Positions 1 to 9,456 of a DNA stretch of 64,000 bases are shown here, in pieces. The stretch lies in contig VFYY01000001.1 in assembly GCA_016871375.1 (NCBI GenBank), positions 6,616 to 70,615 on the forward strand. Direction: 5' to 3'. Made by a program: the position numbers and the translations under genes. The notes below the pieces were generated by a model. That model made no database searches. It was not told where the DNA came from and was given only the letters and a program-made list of their open reading frames with translations. How positions within the stretch are numbered: position 1 is the stretch's first letter; each line of letters begins with the position of its first letter. Origin of the DNA: Acidimicrobiia bacterium (GTDB lineage Bacteria; Acidobacteriota; Vicinamibacteria; Vicinamibacterales; UBA2999).

Positions 1-265
1 CGGGGGTGCCAATGAGCTCCACCATCCGGTAGCTGCCGGCGGCCGGGCAGTTGAAGCGGACGCGGATCGGGCGGTTCGACGACACCGCCTTGAGGCGTGC
101 GGCCTGAAGCTCGCGCTCCACTTCGCGCAGCCCCTGGCGCAGGCGCATCGAGCCCGTCAGGTCCGTCAGGCCCGGCACCGCGGCGCCCAGCACGATCGCG
201 AAGACCGTGACGGTCATCATCATCTCGATGAGGGTGAAGCCGGAGTCGTGAGTCCTTCTGGTCAC
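1..265 (-). CDS. Type IV pilus minor pilin, GspH/FimT-like (partial; C-terminus runs off the window start)
   Basis: My own reverse translation from GTG at 265-263 reads VTRRTHDSG-FTLIEMMMTVTVFAIVLGAAVPGL...IRVRFNCPAAGSYRMVEL. It has the prepilin cleavage/methylation motif G/FTLIE and the same RxRFxCPA..YRMxE block as the divergent paralogue at 581-1156. Absent from the ORF track because it is open at the edge. Confidence 0.75.
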   Translation of the reverse strand, partial: MTRRTHDSGFTLIEMMMTVTVFAIVLGAAVPGLTDLTGSMRLRQGLREVERELQAARLKAVSSNRPIRVRFNCPAAGSYRMVELIGTP

Positions 266-580
266 GCGTTCAGTCCTGTGGGGGTCCGGGCCGGCATTGA
301 GCAACGCCTCTGCCATTTGCGGCAGAATGCTGCTCTGTCGTCCGCAAGTGACTCAAGATCAGTTAGATACAGCCGATAGGGATCGTTGGTACGTTGAGGG
401 GGCGCTGTTGACGATAGGCTAATTCGTTACATTCAGTAACAGTTTTGGAAGGGCCGGTCGGCCATAACTGCGTGTAGGACGCGATCGGTCACGGAGGAGC
501 TCGTCGTTTATACTTGTAGAGGCCTCCCAGCCGACTGGTTCATCCTGTCGAACACCCTCGAAACAGAGACTGTAGCTCAC

Positions 581-1156
581 GTGTCTGTGAAGGCTGTCCG
601 GTCCGAGGCTGGCTTTACGCTGATCGAGGTGATGGTCGTCGGCGGCATCATGGCGATTGTCGCCGCGATTGCCGTGCCGACCGTCGCGTCGATGTTGCGC
701 CGCTACGCCCTCAACAGCGTGGCGCAGCAGCTTGCCGCCACCATCCGTTCCGCGCGCTACACCGCAGTCGCGAAGAACAAGTGGGTCCGCATCCGGTTCG
801 ACTGCCCGGCGACCGACCAGTACCGCATGATCGAGTACGTCGCGGTCAGCGCCGTGGACGAAGCCGCGGATCGCTGCAGCCTGTCGGCGTATCCCTATCC
901 CGACGATACGCCCGGGGTCCCGGAAGTGGACGGGCCGGTCATCGCACTGCCGAACGGTATCTCCCTGGGCACTGTGACCGATATACAGATCGATCCCATG
1001 GGCCGCATGGAGCTGCTCTCCGGCTGCCCGACGTGCGTGGCGAGCTCGGGCACGGCGTCGCTGACGATCGACGACGGATCGGAAGCGCAGACGGTCTCGG
1101 TGGACCGGACGGGCAGGGTGACTGTGGAAGACCCGGTGGTGAGCGATGGCGGATGA
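581..1156 (+). CDS. Type IV pilus minor pilin, FimT/GspH-like
   Basis: N-terminus MSVKAVRSEAG-FTLIEVMVVGGIMAIVAAIAVP (prepilin-type cleavage/methylation domain). The following AQQLAATIRSARYTAV segment is typical of GspH/FimT. First gene of a minor-pilin operon. Confidence 0.85.
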   Translation: MSVKAVRSEAGFTLIEVMVVGGIMAIVAAIAVPTVASMLRRYALNSVAQQLAATIRSARYTAVAKNKWVRIRFDCPATDQYRMIEYVAVSAVDEAADRCSLSAYPYPDDTPGVPEVDGPVIALPNGISLGTVTDIQIDPMGRMELLSGCPTCVASSGTASLTIDDGSEAQTVSVDRTGRVTVEDPVVSDGG

Positions 1157-1625
1157 TCGCGGCCGTGGGCGCCGGAACGGTCCGCGTACGCGGACCGTTC
1201 AGCCAGCACTGCCTTGTCGGGTCGCACAGCGACCCGACAGTGGCGAAGGCGGCTTCTCGCTGATCGAGGTCATGATCTCCATGCTGGTGGTGACGATCGG
1301 CCTGATCGGCATGGCCCAGCTCATGGCGGTCACGACGATCGTGCACTCCGACGCGCGTGAGACATCGATGGGGACGGAGCTCGCCCAGGCCAAGCTCGAC
1401 GAGCTGTCGGGCATGGACCTGGCCGGCGACGCGGAGGTGCAGGTCGGCGGCGACCTCGACGCCAACACCGCCAACTACTTCTCCGAGCCGTCCCCGGGGG
1501 TCACGCTGCGCTGGCTGGTTGAGGCCGGCCCGACGGCTGGGACCCGCGTCCTGACGATCCGCGTCGTCAACACGGCCTCGCGCCAGTACGGCGACTCGCT
1601 CTATTTCCGGACGATGCTGCGGTAA
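1146..1625 (+). CDS. Type IV pilus minor pilin, PilV-like
   Basis: GEGG-FSLIEVMISMLVVTIGLIGMAQL matches the PilV-type N-terminus. Position after the FimT-like gene fits. No closer in-frame ATG/GTG/TTG, so the start at 1146 is uncertain. Confidence 0.75.
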   Translation: MADDRGRGRRNGPRTRTVQPALPCRVAQRPDSGEGGFSLIEVMISMLVVTIGLIGMAQLMAVTTIVHSDARETSMGTELAQAKLDELSGMDLAGDAEVQVGGDLDANTANYFSEPSPGVTLRWLVEAGPTAGTRVLTIRVVNTASRQYGDSLYFRTMLR

Positions 1626-2275
1626 TGGTGATGCGCGACCAACGGGGCTTCACGCTCGTCGAGATGATGATCGCGGCCGCGCTGACGATGGTGGTCGTGG
1701 GCGCGGCGGTCGCGCTGGCGACGACGGTCCAGAACTCGTACTCGTACGAGATCAACGACGCGGCGATCCAGCAGGAGGCGCGCTTTGCGCTCGACTGGAT
1801 CTCGCGGACGATCGCGCAGGGCGGCAGCAACCCGTACGACATCGGCGATCCGGCCGACGGCGCCGCGATCGACCAGGACCTGAGCTGCACGCCGATGGAG
1901 CCGGGGTTCGCCCTCAGCGTGGACGGCAACAGCATCCAGGTGCTGTCGGACGTCAGCCCGCCGAACGGACTGGTCGGCGGCGAGGACATGGACTGCGTCG
2001 AGCCGGGCGAGGACGTCACCATCGCCTTCGACGACGTGGCGAACACGATCACCCGCCTCGATGTCGCGCTCGACGCCACGGCCACGGACATGACCGACAC
2101 CGTCGTGACCGATCTCAGCTTCACGTTCCTCGACTCGTCGCGGACGGTGACGACGAGTGCGGCCGCCCTCGCCTACGTGCAGATCAGCCTGACGGTGGAG
2201 TCGAAGACGCGGAACCCCTATACGAACCAGAACACCACCTACACGTACACCTCGGAAGTGCGCGTGAGGTCATAG
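1625..2275 (+). CDS. Type IV pilus minor pilin, PilW-like
   Basis: MVMRDQRG-FTLVEMMIAAALTMVVVGAAVAL prepilin N-terminus. Size and position (after the PilV-like gene, start abutting its stop) fit PilW. Confidence 0.8.
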   Translation: MVMRDQRGFTLVEMMIAAALTMVVVGAAVALATTVQNSYSYEINDAAIQQEARFALDWISRTIAQGGSNPYDIGDPADGAAIDQDLSCTPMEPGFALSVDGNSIQVLSDVSPPNGLVGGEDMDCVEPGEDVTIAFDDVANTITRLDVALDATATDMTDTVVTDLSFTFLDSSRTVTTSAAALAYVQISLTVESKTRNPYTNQNTTYTYTSEVRVRS

Positions 2276-2280
2276 CCGGC

Positions 2281-3606
2281 ATGCCGTCGAGACGCCTGGC
2301 GCGGGAACAGGGGATGGCCCTGGTGGCGGTCATGCTGCTGCTGATGGCGATGTCCGCGCTCGCGGCCGCGCTGGCCATCAGCAGCACCACCGAGACGATG
2401 ATCGCCCGCAACCACCAGAACGCCGCCCAGGCCCGCGCCGCGGCGGAGGCGGGGCTCGCGCACGCGATCGACATCACGCTCGACTACCTGGCGGTGTGGC
2501 AGGCCGACTTCGCCTCGGTGGAGATGGCGATGGACGCGCTGCTCACCAACCCCGCGATGTACATCGACGACTACGATGTCGTGGAGGCAGGCGTCATCCT
2601 CGCGGGCATCGGCACCAGCTACTCGAGCCTCACCAATTCGGTCAGCAGCTTCTCGAGCATCTTCTACGAAGCCGTGCTCATCGACGACGACGACGAGGAC
2701 GCGCGCGACATCGTGCTGAGCGCCGACGACCTGACGCGGATGGGCGAAGACGGCGACCCGGGCGACGACAACAACAAGAAGCTCATCATCCGCGCGGTCG
2801 GCTACGCCGGCGGGAACGCCGTCTCGGCGGTCGAAGCCACCATCAGCTCGACGAGCATGCCCGGCCTGCTGACGGACGGGGACCTCACGCTCGGCGGCAG
2901 CTTCAGCCTCGGCGGCAGCGGCGGGTCCGTGCACACGAACGGCGACTTCACCGACAAGGGTGCCGCCTGGAGCGCAGCGGAAGGATGCACGGCCTCGGGC
3001 AGCGGCGTCACCGGGCCGCCCGCCTGCACCGGAGGCCAGGGCGAGATCGCGATTCCCGACAAGAGCGCCGACGACTATCTCTCGCTGGCGAAGTACATCC
3101 TGCACGATGACGGCGAGATGACCACCGTCAGCACGGGCACCAAGGCCGCGTGCGACCCGTGCGCGGGCGGGTGGGAGTTCAGCTCCGGAACGTGGACGCT
3201 GAGCGGCACGCTGGCCGCCCCGGACGGCAGCGTGTTCTACGTCGACGGCGACGTCGAGCTGGAGGAAGGCCAGGCCGTCACCTTCTTTGCCACCGGGGAC
3301 GTCGGCGCCGGAAACGGCAACTGGGAACCGGCGCTGCCCGGCATCATGTGGGTGAACGACGGCGACTTCGACGACTCGGGCAACCCGAATTTCGGGACGG
3401 CGACCAACGCCGGATTGATCGTGATCGGGGAACAGATCTCGCTCGCCGGCACCCTGACCATCTACGGCGCGATCATCGTCCGTGACGCCACCAACGACAG
3501 CTCGACGGTTACCGACAACCTGCTGACGGGCAACGTCACCATGACCTACGACGGCTCGCTCGACGGCAATTTCTTCGGCGTCTCCGCCTGGCGGCGGAGC
3601 TTCTAA
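2281..3606 (+). CDS. PilX-like pilus assembly protein, unusually large (441 aa)
   Basis: N-terminus REQGMALVAVMLLLMAMSALAAALAISSTTETMIARNHQNAAQARAAAEAGL resembles the PilX N-terminal domain (no classical G/F cleavage site). It is followed by an acidic stretch (DDDDEDARD...GDDNNKK) and a Gly/Thr-rich C-terminal region. Confidence 0.7.
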   Translation: MPSRRLAREQGMALVAVMLLLMAMSALAAALAISSTTETMIARNHQNAAQARAAAEAGLAHAIDITLDYLAVWQADFASVEMAMDALLTNPAMYIDDYDVVEAGVILAGIGTSYSSLTNSVSSFSSIFYEAVLIDDDDEDARDIVLSADDLTRMGEDGDPGDDNNKKLIIRAVGYAGGNAVSAVEATISSTSMPGLLTDGDLTLGGSFSLGGSGGSVHTNGDFTDKGAAWSAAEGCTASGSGVTGPPACTGGQGEIAIPDKSADDYLSLAKYILHDDGEMTTVSTGTKAACDPCAGGWEFSSGTWTLSGTLAAPDGSVFYVDGDVELEEGQAVTFFATGDVGAGNGNWEPALPGIMWVNDGDFDDSGNPNFGTATNAGLIVIGEQISLAGTLTIYGAIIVRDATNDSSTVTDNLLTGNVTMTYDGSLDGNFFGVSAWRRSF

Positions 3607-3607
3607 C

Positions 3608-4858
3608 TCAGGCCGCGGCGAGCGGCAGCGTCACCTCGACGCTCGCGCCACCGGCCGGCGACGTCCCGATCCCCACCCGTCCGTTGTGCATCACCACGAT
3701 CTTCTGGACGATGGCGAGTCCCAGGCCTGTGCCGCGTGACCGCGTGGTCACGAACGGCTGAAAGACGCGCGCGCGTTCGGACTCCGGGATTCCCGGACCG
3801 TTGTCCTCCACCGAGATGCGGCAGGCGCGGCGGCGCGCGTCCACGTCGCCGCCAATCACGATCGCGGGGCGCACGCCCGCGCTTTCGCACGCTTCCGCGG
3901 CGTTGCGCACCAGGTTGCCGAACACCTGTCGCAGCAGCACCTCGTCGCCGTCCACGTCGGCGAACCGTCCGCGGAGGTCGAGCGTCGCGCCCGCGGGCAG
4001 CTCGTGCTGCAGGTCCTCGCCGAGCCGCCGCAGCAGCGGCTCGAGCTCGACGCGCGAGAACTGGAGGCGCTCGGGGCGGGCGAAGTTGAGGAAGTTCGTG
4101 ACGACCTTGCCGAGCGCCTCCGTCTCCTGCCGGATGCCCTCGACGTAGGGCCGGTACTGCCCGGGCAGCGCGTCGGGCACGATGAGCCGGCTGTAACCGT
4201 GGATCGTGGCCAGGCCGTTCCTGAACTCGTGGGCGATGCCCGCCGTCAGCTCGCCGAGACGCGCCAGCGTCTCCTTCAGGCGAAGCTGCTCCTCGAGCTC
4301 GACGACGTTCGTGAGGTCGGAGAAGAGGCAGATGGCGCCGTGGCCCTCACGGCCGCCGAGCGGCGAGACCGAGGCGCCAAGGTGCGTCGTGCGATCCGCG
4401 CCCGGAATCTGCAGCGAACGCCTGAGGATCGCCCGCCGCGTGCCGAGGCACTCGGTGATCGCCTCGACCAGCGGCGGGACCGACGCGAGCACCGCGCGAT
4501 AGTCGCCGCCGGCGACGGCTGCCGGCACCGCGAGCATCTGCTGCCCGGCCGGATTGAGGATCTCGATCCTGCCCGTCCCGTCGACGACCAGCAGGCCGGC
4601 CGTGAGACTCGAGACGATCTGGCTGCTGAGCTGCTCGGACGCGACCGCGCGCGCGCTCATCGCCTGCTCCTGCGCCTTCAGCTTCGCCACCGCTTCCTGC
4701 AGCGCCGCGGAGAGGATCGCGGAATCGGCGCCGCCGGCCAGGTGGCGCTTGGCGTCGCGGGCGCCCGCCGCAAACTTCAGGACGGCGAATGTCATGATCG
4801 CCACCAGCATCGCGACGACCGCGGTCAGCCCCAGGAGCGCGTAGCCGTACTGCGTCAT
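3608..4858 (-). CDS. Sensor histidine kinase (TM + PAS-like + HisKA + HATPase_c)
   Basis: H-box GIAHEFRNGLATIHGY and ATPase motifs (VEDNGPGIP, GTGLGLAIV). I moved the start to ATG at 4858 (MTQYGYALLGLTAVVAMLV...), which overlaps the pilD stop as ATGA. The 43-codon Arg-rich extension in the ORF track is rejected. Confidence 0.85.
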   Translation of the reverse strand: MTQYGYALLGLTAVVAMLVAIMTFAVLKFAAGARDAKRHLAGGADSAILSAALQEAVAKLKAQEQAMSARAVASEQLSSQIVSSLTAGLLVVDGTGRIEILNPAGQQMLAVPAAVAGGDYRAVLASVPPLVEAITECLGTRRAILRRSLQIPGADRTTHLGASVSPLGGREGHGAICLFSDLTNVVELEEQLRLKETLARLGELTAGIAHEFRNGLATIHGYSRLIVPDALPGQYRPYVEGIRQETEALGKVVTNFLNFARPERLQFSRVELEPLLRRLGEDLQHELPAGATLDLRGRFADVDGDEVLLRQVFGNLVRNAAEACESAGVRPAIVIGGDVDARRRACRISVEDNGPGIPESERARVFQPFVTTRSRGTGLGLAIVQKIVVMHNGRVGIGTSPAGGASVEVTLPLAAA

Positions 4859-5622
4859 TGGTAGAGCGAGATGTACCAGGCGAGGATCGCGTCGCCGGCC
4901 ACCGCGGCGATGACGGCGCCGATGGCGAGGAAGGTGCCGAACGGCAGCGCCGCCTGCATGCCGCCCTTGCGTGTGGCGATGACCCACAGGCCGATCGCCG
5001 AGCCGCTGAACGACGCCAGAATCAGCGTCAGCAGCATCTGCGGCCAGCCGAGAAACGCGCCGACCATGGCCAGCATCTTCACGTCGCCCATGCCGAGCCC
5101 CTCGCGGCCCCGCGTGCGGTAGTAGATCTCCGACAGCGCCAGCAGCACGCCGCCGCCCGCGAGGATCCCGATGAGCGACTGCACCCAGCCCGGCGGCAGG
5201 AAGAAGCTGGCCGCGAAGCCGATGACGATGCCGGGCAGCGTGATGGCGTTCGGCAGGATGCGGTGGCGGAGGTCGATGGCGAAGAGCACGATGAGCGCGC
5301 AGGCGAACGCGACGCGCACCACCATCAGCGGCGTCAGCCCGTAGACCAGCACGCCGCCCGCGAACACCAGCGCGGTTGCGAGTTCAACGCTGGGATACAT
5401 CGGCGAGATCGCGGCGCCGCACGTGCGGCAGCGCCCCCGCAGCACCAGCCAGCTCACCACGGGCACGTTCTCGTACCAGGACAGCGGCCGTTCGCAGGAC
5501 GTGCAGTGCGACGAGGGCCAGTTCAGCGACTCGCCCCGCGGCAGGCGGTAGATGCAGACGTTGAGGAAGCTGCCGACGACCAACCCGGTGATCGCTGCCA
5601 GCATTAGCAGGAACAGCAGCAT
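4855..5622 (-). CDS. pilD: Prepilin peptidase / N-methyltransferase PilD
   Basis: MLLFLLMLAAITGLVVGSFLNVCIYRLP...HCTSCERPLSWYENVPVVSWLVLRGRCRTCG is the hallmark PilD/A24 peptidase N-terminus with its Cys cluster. GMGDVKM is an active-site Asp motif. Start placed at ATG 5622; the ORF-track 5-prime extension is a GC artefact. Confidence 0.92.
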   Translation of the reverse strand: MLLFLLMLAAITGLVVGSFLNVCIYRLPRGESLNWPSSHCTSCERPLSWYENVPVVSWLVLRGRCRTCGAAISPMYPSVELATALVFAGGVLVYGLTPLMVVRVAFACALIVLFAIDLRHRILPNAITLPGIVIGFAASFFLPPGWVQSLIGILAGGGVLLALSEIYYRTRGREGLGMGDVKMLAMVGAFLGWPQMLLTLILASFSGSAIGLWVIATRKGGMQAALPFGTFLAIGAVIAAVAGDAILAWYISLYQ

Positions 5623-6461
5623 TACTGGAGCGTGTAGGGCCCGGTGGGCAGCGGGCTGAGCCGCGAGCGCGGGTCGAGGCTCACGGTTCCACCGTCGATC
5701 CGGTACGGGACGCCCGTCGGATCGACAGGCGTGCCCGGCAACGCGCGGCCGCGCCGCAGTTCGGCGGTGAGGAAGTCGATCTGGTCCATGGCGTCGAGCT
5801 GCATCAGGCGGCGCTGCGCCTCGTTGCGGAACCAGTCCTCCTCCGCCGTGCGCGCGAACTCTTCCCAGAGTCGCCGGGAGGAGTCGCGGCGTCCGCCCTG
5901 CGCCAGCGTGACGGCCGCCAGCGGCGTCAGCCAGCTCGGCGCGTCCGGCAGTGCCGCCGCGCGCGTGAACCAGTCCGCCGCCGTCGGATAGTCCATCAGC
6001 CACCAGTAATGCACGAACCCGATCGCCTGGGCAAACCGCCAGTTCTCCGGCTGGGTGTCGAGCCCCTTCTCCAGCAGGCGAATGGCCTGGTCGGGCCGGC
6101 CCGGCCCACCGGGATGGGGCTCCGCCAGGAACACCGCCCCGAAGAGGTACGCCACGGTCATCCGTGGATCGAGTGAGGTCGTGAGGTCGAGCAGCGGAAA
6201 CAGCAGGTCGTAGCGCTTGTCCGGGTCGTTCGACAGCTTCGTGCCGCCGTAGTGCTGCACGGTCCGGATCCAGTAGACGTCGGCGAGCAGCTGGTCGTAC
6301 GAGAGCGCGAGCCGCTTCATCGCCTCCGGCGAGCGGACGTAGAGCATCGCCGGCGTCTGCGCGGCGGGCGGACCGCCGGCGCGGTCGTGTACCGCCTGCA
6401 AACCGATGACGCCGCCGCCGAGCAGCGCGAGCAGCACGAACAGCCAGCGGCGCCCGCTCAT
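5622..6461 (-). CDS. Secreted/periplasmic TPR-like helical repeat protein (pilus-cluster associated)
   Basis: Signal-like N-terminus MSGRRWLFVLLALLGGGVIG, helical-repeat-looking body. The ATG at 6461 overlaps the permease stop (ATGA) and the stop abuts the pilD start. Function is inferred only from operon context. Confidence 0.6.
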   Translation of the reverse strand: MSGRRWLFVLLALLGGGVIGLQAVHDRAGGPPAAQTPAMLYVRSPEAMKRLALSYDQLLADVYWIRTVQHYGGTKLSNDPDKRYDLLFPLLDLTTSLDPRMTVAYLFGAVFLAEPHPGGPGRPDQAIRLLEKGLDTQPENWRFAQAIGFVHYWWLMDYPTAADWFTRAAALPDAPSWLTPLAAVTLAQGGRRDSSRRLWEEFARTAEEDWFRNEAQRRLMQLDAMDQIDFLTAELRRGRALPGTPVDPTGVPYRIDGGTVSLDPRSRLSPLPTGPYTLQ

Positions 6462-7264
6462 TTGAAATCGCGCCTGTCGAAGACCAGGACCGATGCCGTC
6501 AGCAGCAGCGCGATGTACACGACGCCGTACACCGCCGTCGTCAGCACGTACGCCGGCGGCACGGGGAGGGCATGCACGACCTGCGCCTTGACGTCGAAGG
6601 CGGCGAAGTTCGGCAGCACGTAATAGAGCCCCCGCGCGATCCAGCCCGCCGCCGGCGACTGGAGCACCGCCTCGAAGTTGCGGAGATCCGCGTTGAACGA
6701 GCCGATGACCCAGAGCCCGAGCGTCAGCGCCGCGGACAGGAACGGCCCGGAGAAGGTCGAGAAGAACAGCGCAATCGCCGTGACCAGCAGCAGCTCGACG
6801 AAGATGAGCGCGATGGCGAGCAGCATCCCCGGGTCGGTCGCGGGCGCCGGCCACGCCGCACGCATCGGCGCGGGGAACCGTGTGTTCAGGAATGCCAGCA
6901 CCGCATAGAACGCGAGCGTCATCACGGCGACGTTGACGAAGAGCGTCAGCGCCAGGCCCGCATACTTCCCCAGGATGAACTCGTAGCGGCGGATCGGCTT
7001 GGACAGCAGGCTGTAGATGCTCTTGCGCTCGACTTCCTTCCACACCAGCCCGATGCCGATGAAGACCGCGATCAGCAGGCCGAAGGTGGCGATGGCCGCC
7101 AGCCCCAGGTCCTTGATGATCTTCACGTCCTGCCCCGCCGTCAGCTGCCCCAGCAGGAACGACACGCTGATGAGCAGCACCGCGAAGGCGACGAGGATGT
7201 AGAGCACGCGGTCGCGCACCGCTTCGCGGAAGACGTTGACGGCGACGATGACGAGGGCGCGCAT
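6458..7264 (-). CDS. ABC-2 type transporter permease (PilI-like by context)
   Basis: 268-aa polytopic protein. The N-terminus MRALVIVAVNVFREAVRDRVLYILVAF...SLLSKPIRRYEFILGKY is typical of the ABC-2/NosY-like permease family. Immediately downstream of the ATPase. Confidence 0.8.
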   Translation of the reverse strand: MRALVIVAVNVFREAVRDRVLYILVAFAVLLISVSFLLGQLTAGQDVKIIKDLGLAAIATFGLLIAVFIGIGLVWKEVERKSIYSLLSKPIRRYEFILGKYAGLALTLFVNVAVMTLAFYAVLAFLNTRFPAPMRAAWPAPATDPGMLLAIALIFVELLLVTAIALFFSTFSGPFLSAALTLGLWVIGSFNADLRNFEAVLQSPAAGWIARGLYYVLPNFAAFDVKAQVVHALPVPPAYVLTTAVYGVVYIALLLTASVLVFDRRDFK

Positions 7265-7267
7265 GGG

Positions 7268-8209
7268 TCAGCGCTTCACCGCGGCCACCTGCCGCATGAA
7301 GAAGTCCTCGAGCGTCTCGCGAACCGGGTTGAGCGACCCGAGCTGCGCGCCGTGCGCGGTCAGGTCGGCGAGGATGCGATCCGGCGGCGTGGAGAGCGGC
7401 AGTTCGAGCGCGTAGCGGTCGCCGCCAAGCAGGGTCGCCTTCGTGATGCGCCCGAGGCCGCGCGCGTGTTCCAGCGCCTCCGTGGTGAGGCCCGTGACCA
7501 CCAGTTCCCAGCCGCGCAGCTGGAATGCCAGCATGTCGGCGAGCGAGCCGGACGTGACGAGCCGTCCGCCGGCGAGGATCGCGACGCGATTGCACAGCGC
7601 CTCCGCATCCGAGAGCACGTGCGAGCTGAAGAAGACGGTGCAGCCGCGGTCGCGCAGCCGGAGGATCATCTCGCGGATCTCGCGGCGGCCGACCGGGTCC
7701 AGGCCCGACATCGGCTCGTCGAAGACGACGAGATCGGGCTCGTTGACCAGCGCCTGCGCGATCCCCACCCGCTGGATCATCCCCTTCGAGAACTTCCGCA
7801 GCTGGAACCGCCGCTCCGCGCCGATGCCGACTTCGTCGAGCAGCGACGAGGCGCGGCGCCGCCGCTCTGCCCCCGCGTAGCCGAACAGCGCCGCGAAGTA
7901 CTCGAGCAGTTCCTCCGCGGTCAGGTAGTCGTAGAAGTACGGATGCTCGGGCAGGTAGCCGACGCGGCGCCTGACGCCCACGTCGCCGGCGGGCCGGCCG
8001 AGGATCTCGGCGCGGCCGCTGGTCGGGTGAATCAGCTGCATGAGCAGCTTCAGCGTGGTGGTCTTGCCGGCGCCGTTCGGCCCGAGAAAGCCGAACACCT
8101 CGCCGTCGGGCACGTCCAGCGTCAGCGCGTCGAGGGCGACGTACGGACGCCGCCGCCAAAACCCGACGCTGAAGTGCTTCGTGAGGGCTTCAGTCCGGAT
8201 GGCGCTCAT
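7268..8209 (-). CDS. ABC transporter ATP-binding protein (PilH-like by context)
   Basis: Walker A GPNGAGKTT, signature FSKGMIQR, Walker B LVVFDEPMSGLD. Start set at ATG 8209 (MSAIRTEALTKHF); the longer ORF-track version is an upstream frame shadow. Confidence 0.92.
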   Translation of the reverse strand: MSAIRTEALTKHFSVGFWRRRPYVALDALTLDVPDGEVFGFLGPNGAGKTTTLKLLMQLIHPTSGRAEILGRPAGDVGVRRRVGYLPEHPYFYDYLTAEELLEYFAALFGYAGAERRRRASSLLDEVGIGAERRFQLRKFSKGMIQRVGIAQALVNEPDLVVFDEPMSGLDPVGRREIREMILRLRDRGCTVFFSSHVLSDAEALCNRVAILAGGRLVTSGSLADMLAFQLRGWELVVTGLTTEALEHARGLGRITKATLLGGDRYALELPLSTPPDRILADLTAHGAQLGSLNPVRETLEDFFMRQVAAVKR

Positions 8210-8229
8210 GGGGCGGCGGCAGCCGCGGG

Positions 8230-9456
8230 CTACTGCGTCCCGCTCGGCTCCGATGTCCGTCTGAGTTCGTAGGCGATCGCGGCGTCGAAGTACACGGGCC
8301 GCAGGCTCGAGTTGATCCTGATGCCGTTGATGTAGAAGGTCGGCGTCCCCTGAATCTGCAGGCGCTGGCCGAGCTGCGCGTCGGCGCGCACCTGCTCGAG
8401 CACCGTCGGGTACTGGGCGTCGAAGTCGTCGACCTGCGCGATCTCCTGCAGGCCCTGCTTCACCTGGTCGCGCGTCATCGCCTGCGACTGGTTCGCGAAG
8501 AGCCACTCCTCCATCTGCTCCCCGCGGTTCTTCGCGCGCGCCATGCGCACCGCCGCCGCGGCCTCGCAGGCGGCGCCGTGGATGCCGCCGGTGTTGCACT
8601 CGGCCTCCAGCGGGAAGTCCACGCTGACGAACTTGACCTGGTCGGCGGCGGAGGCGCGGTACTTCTCGACGATCCAGCGGTACTCGAGGTACGTCTGGCG
8701 GCACGCCGGGCACTGATAGTCGTTGAACTTGGCGACGACGACCTTGGCGCCGTCGGCGGGGATCCCGAGATCGGTCCGCGGCTGCATGGCGAGCCACGCC
8801 TCGAACTGCGCCACCTCGTCGGGGTGCAGCGTTTCGGTCGGCGGCGCGACAGCCGCGGCGACCGTCTCGCCGCCGGTCGAGGCCGCCTCACGCGGGAAGA
8901 ACACGACGACGCCGAGCGAGGCGATGAGCCAGAGCGCGGCCAGCCCCGTCGCCGCGGAGTTCTTGAGCATGCCGCCGATGTCGCGGCCGACGCGGCCGGG
9001 CAGCGACCCGAGCGAGGCCGATCCCGCGCCGCCCGACAGCAGGAAGATGCCGATCACCGCCACGTACACCGCGACGCACAGCAGGCACGTGCGGTTGAGC
9101 ACGAAGAACGACGCGTAGGCGAAGTAGAGCACCGCCGCCAGGCCGATGGTGGCGAGCACGAAGATGTAGCTCCTGGTCGCGGCGGCGGTGTCGGGGTTGC
9201 GCGAATTCAGCCCGAAGGCGGCGAGCAGCGCGACGAGCCCGGCCCAGATCGCGCCGCCGGCGGCCACCGGCACGCCGCGCACGGTGCCGTACGCGCTCTC
9301 GTAGACGGCCTCGCAACTCACCGTTTCGCTGATGTCGCAGAAGCTCACGTAGTTCGGGTCGGCGATCATGCGGTAGTGCACGTAGAGCGACGCGATCGAC
9401 GCCCCGAGCGCCACCAGTGCGAGGAGGAGAATCCAGGTATTGAGCTGTTTTTTCAT
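8230..9456 (-). CDS. VKOR-domain / DsbA-like thioredoxin fusion (periplasmic disulfide-bond formation)
   Basis: N-terminal polytopic domain with loop cysteines (FCDISETVSC) and a membrane CXXC (CLLC), as in vitamin K epoxide reductase homologues. C-terminal domain has the thioredoxin motif YQCPACRQ. Start overlaps the stop of the YfhO-like gene. Confidence 0.85.
   Translation of the reverse strand: MKKQLNTWILLLALVALGASIASLYVHYRMIADPNYVSFCDISETVSCEAVYESAYGTVRGVPVAAGGAIWAGLVALLAAFGLNSRNPDTAAATRSYIFVLATIGLAAVLYFAYASFFVLNRTCLLCVAVYVAVIGIFLLSGGAGSASLGSLPGRVGRDIGGMLKNSAATGLAALWLIASLGVVVFFPREAASTGGETVAAAVAPPTETLHPDEVAQFEAWLAMQPRTDLGIPADGAKVVVAKFNDYQCPACRQTYLEYRWIVEKYRASAADQVKFVSVDFPLEAECNTGGIHGAACEAAAAVRMARAKNRGEQMEEWLFANQSQAMTRDQVKQGLQEIAQVDDFDAQYPTVLEQVRADAQLGQRLQIQGTPTFYINGIRINSSLRPVYFDAAIAYELRRTSEPSGTQ

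Noticed and set aside
5622-8159. A single 845-aa ORF spanning the TPR-like gene, permease and ATPase region. Also similar long 5-prime extensions of pilD (to 6003), the kinase (to 4987), the ABC ATPase (to 8797), the OMP (to 22356), P-II (to 37672), map (to 56918) and the hydrolase (to 50077).
   Set aside because: Only the 3-prime parts have protein-like sequence. The upstream parts are Arg/Pro-rich shadows overlapping other real genes in another frame. Internal ATG/GTG starts that overlap the upstream stop codon (ATGA/GTGA) give proteins of normal family length.
6572-8272. Long antisense or shadow ORFs throughout the track. Examples: 6572-8272(+), 16897-19017(+), 19071-20708(+), 36058-38775(+), 41165-43492(-), 22293-24074(-), 23635-25344(-), 24866-26302(-), 56801-58606(+), 60761-62473(+).
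   Set aside because: They lie opposite genes with unambiguous family signatures (ABC ATPase, PilC/T/B, GlnD, EF-G, MacA/B, SecY, r-proteins). Their translations are Arg/Ala/Gly/Pro/Asp-rich low-complexity strings typical of antisense frames in about 70% GC DNA, and none has a recognisable motif.
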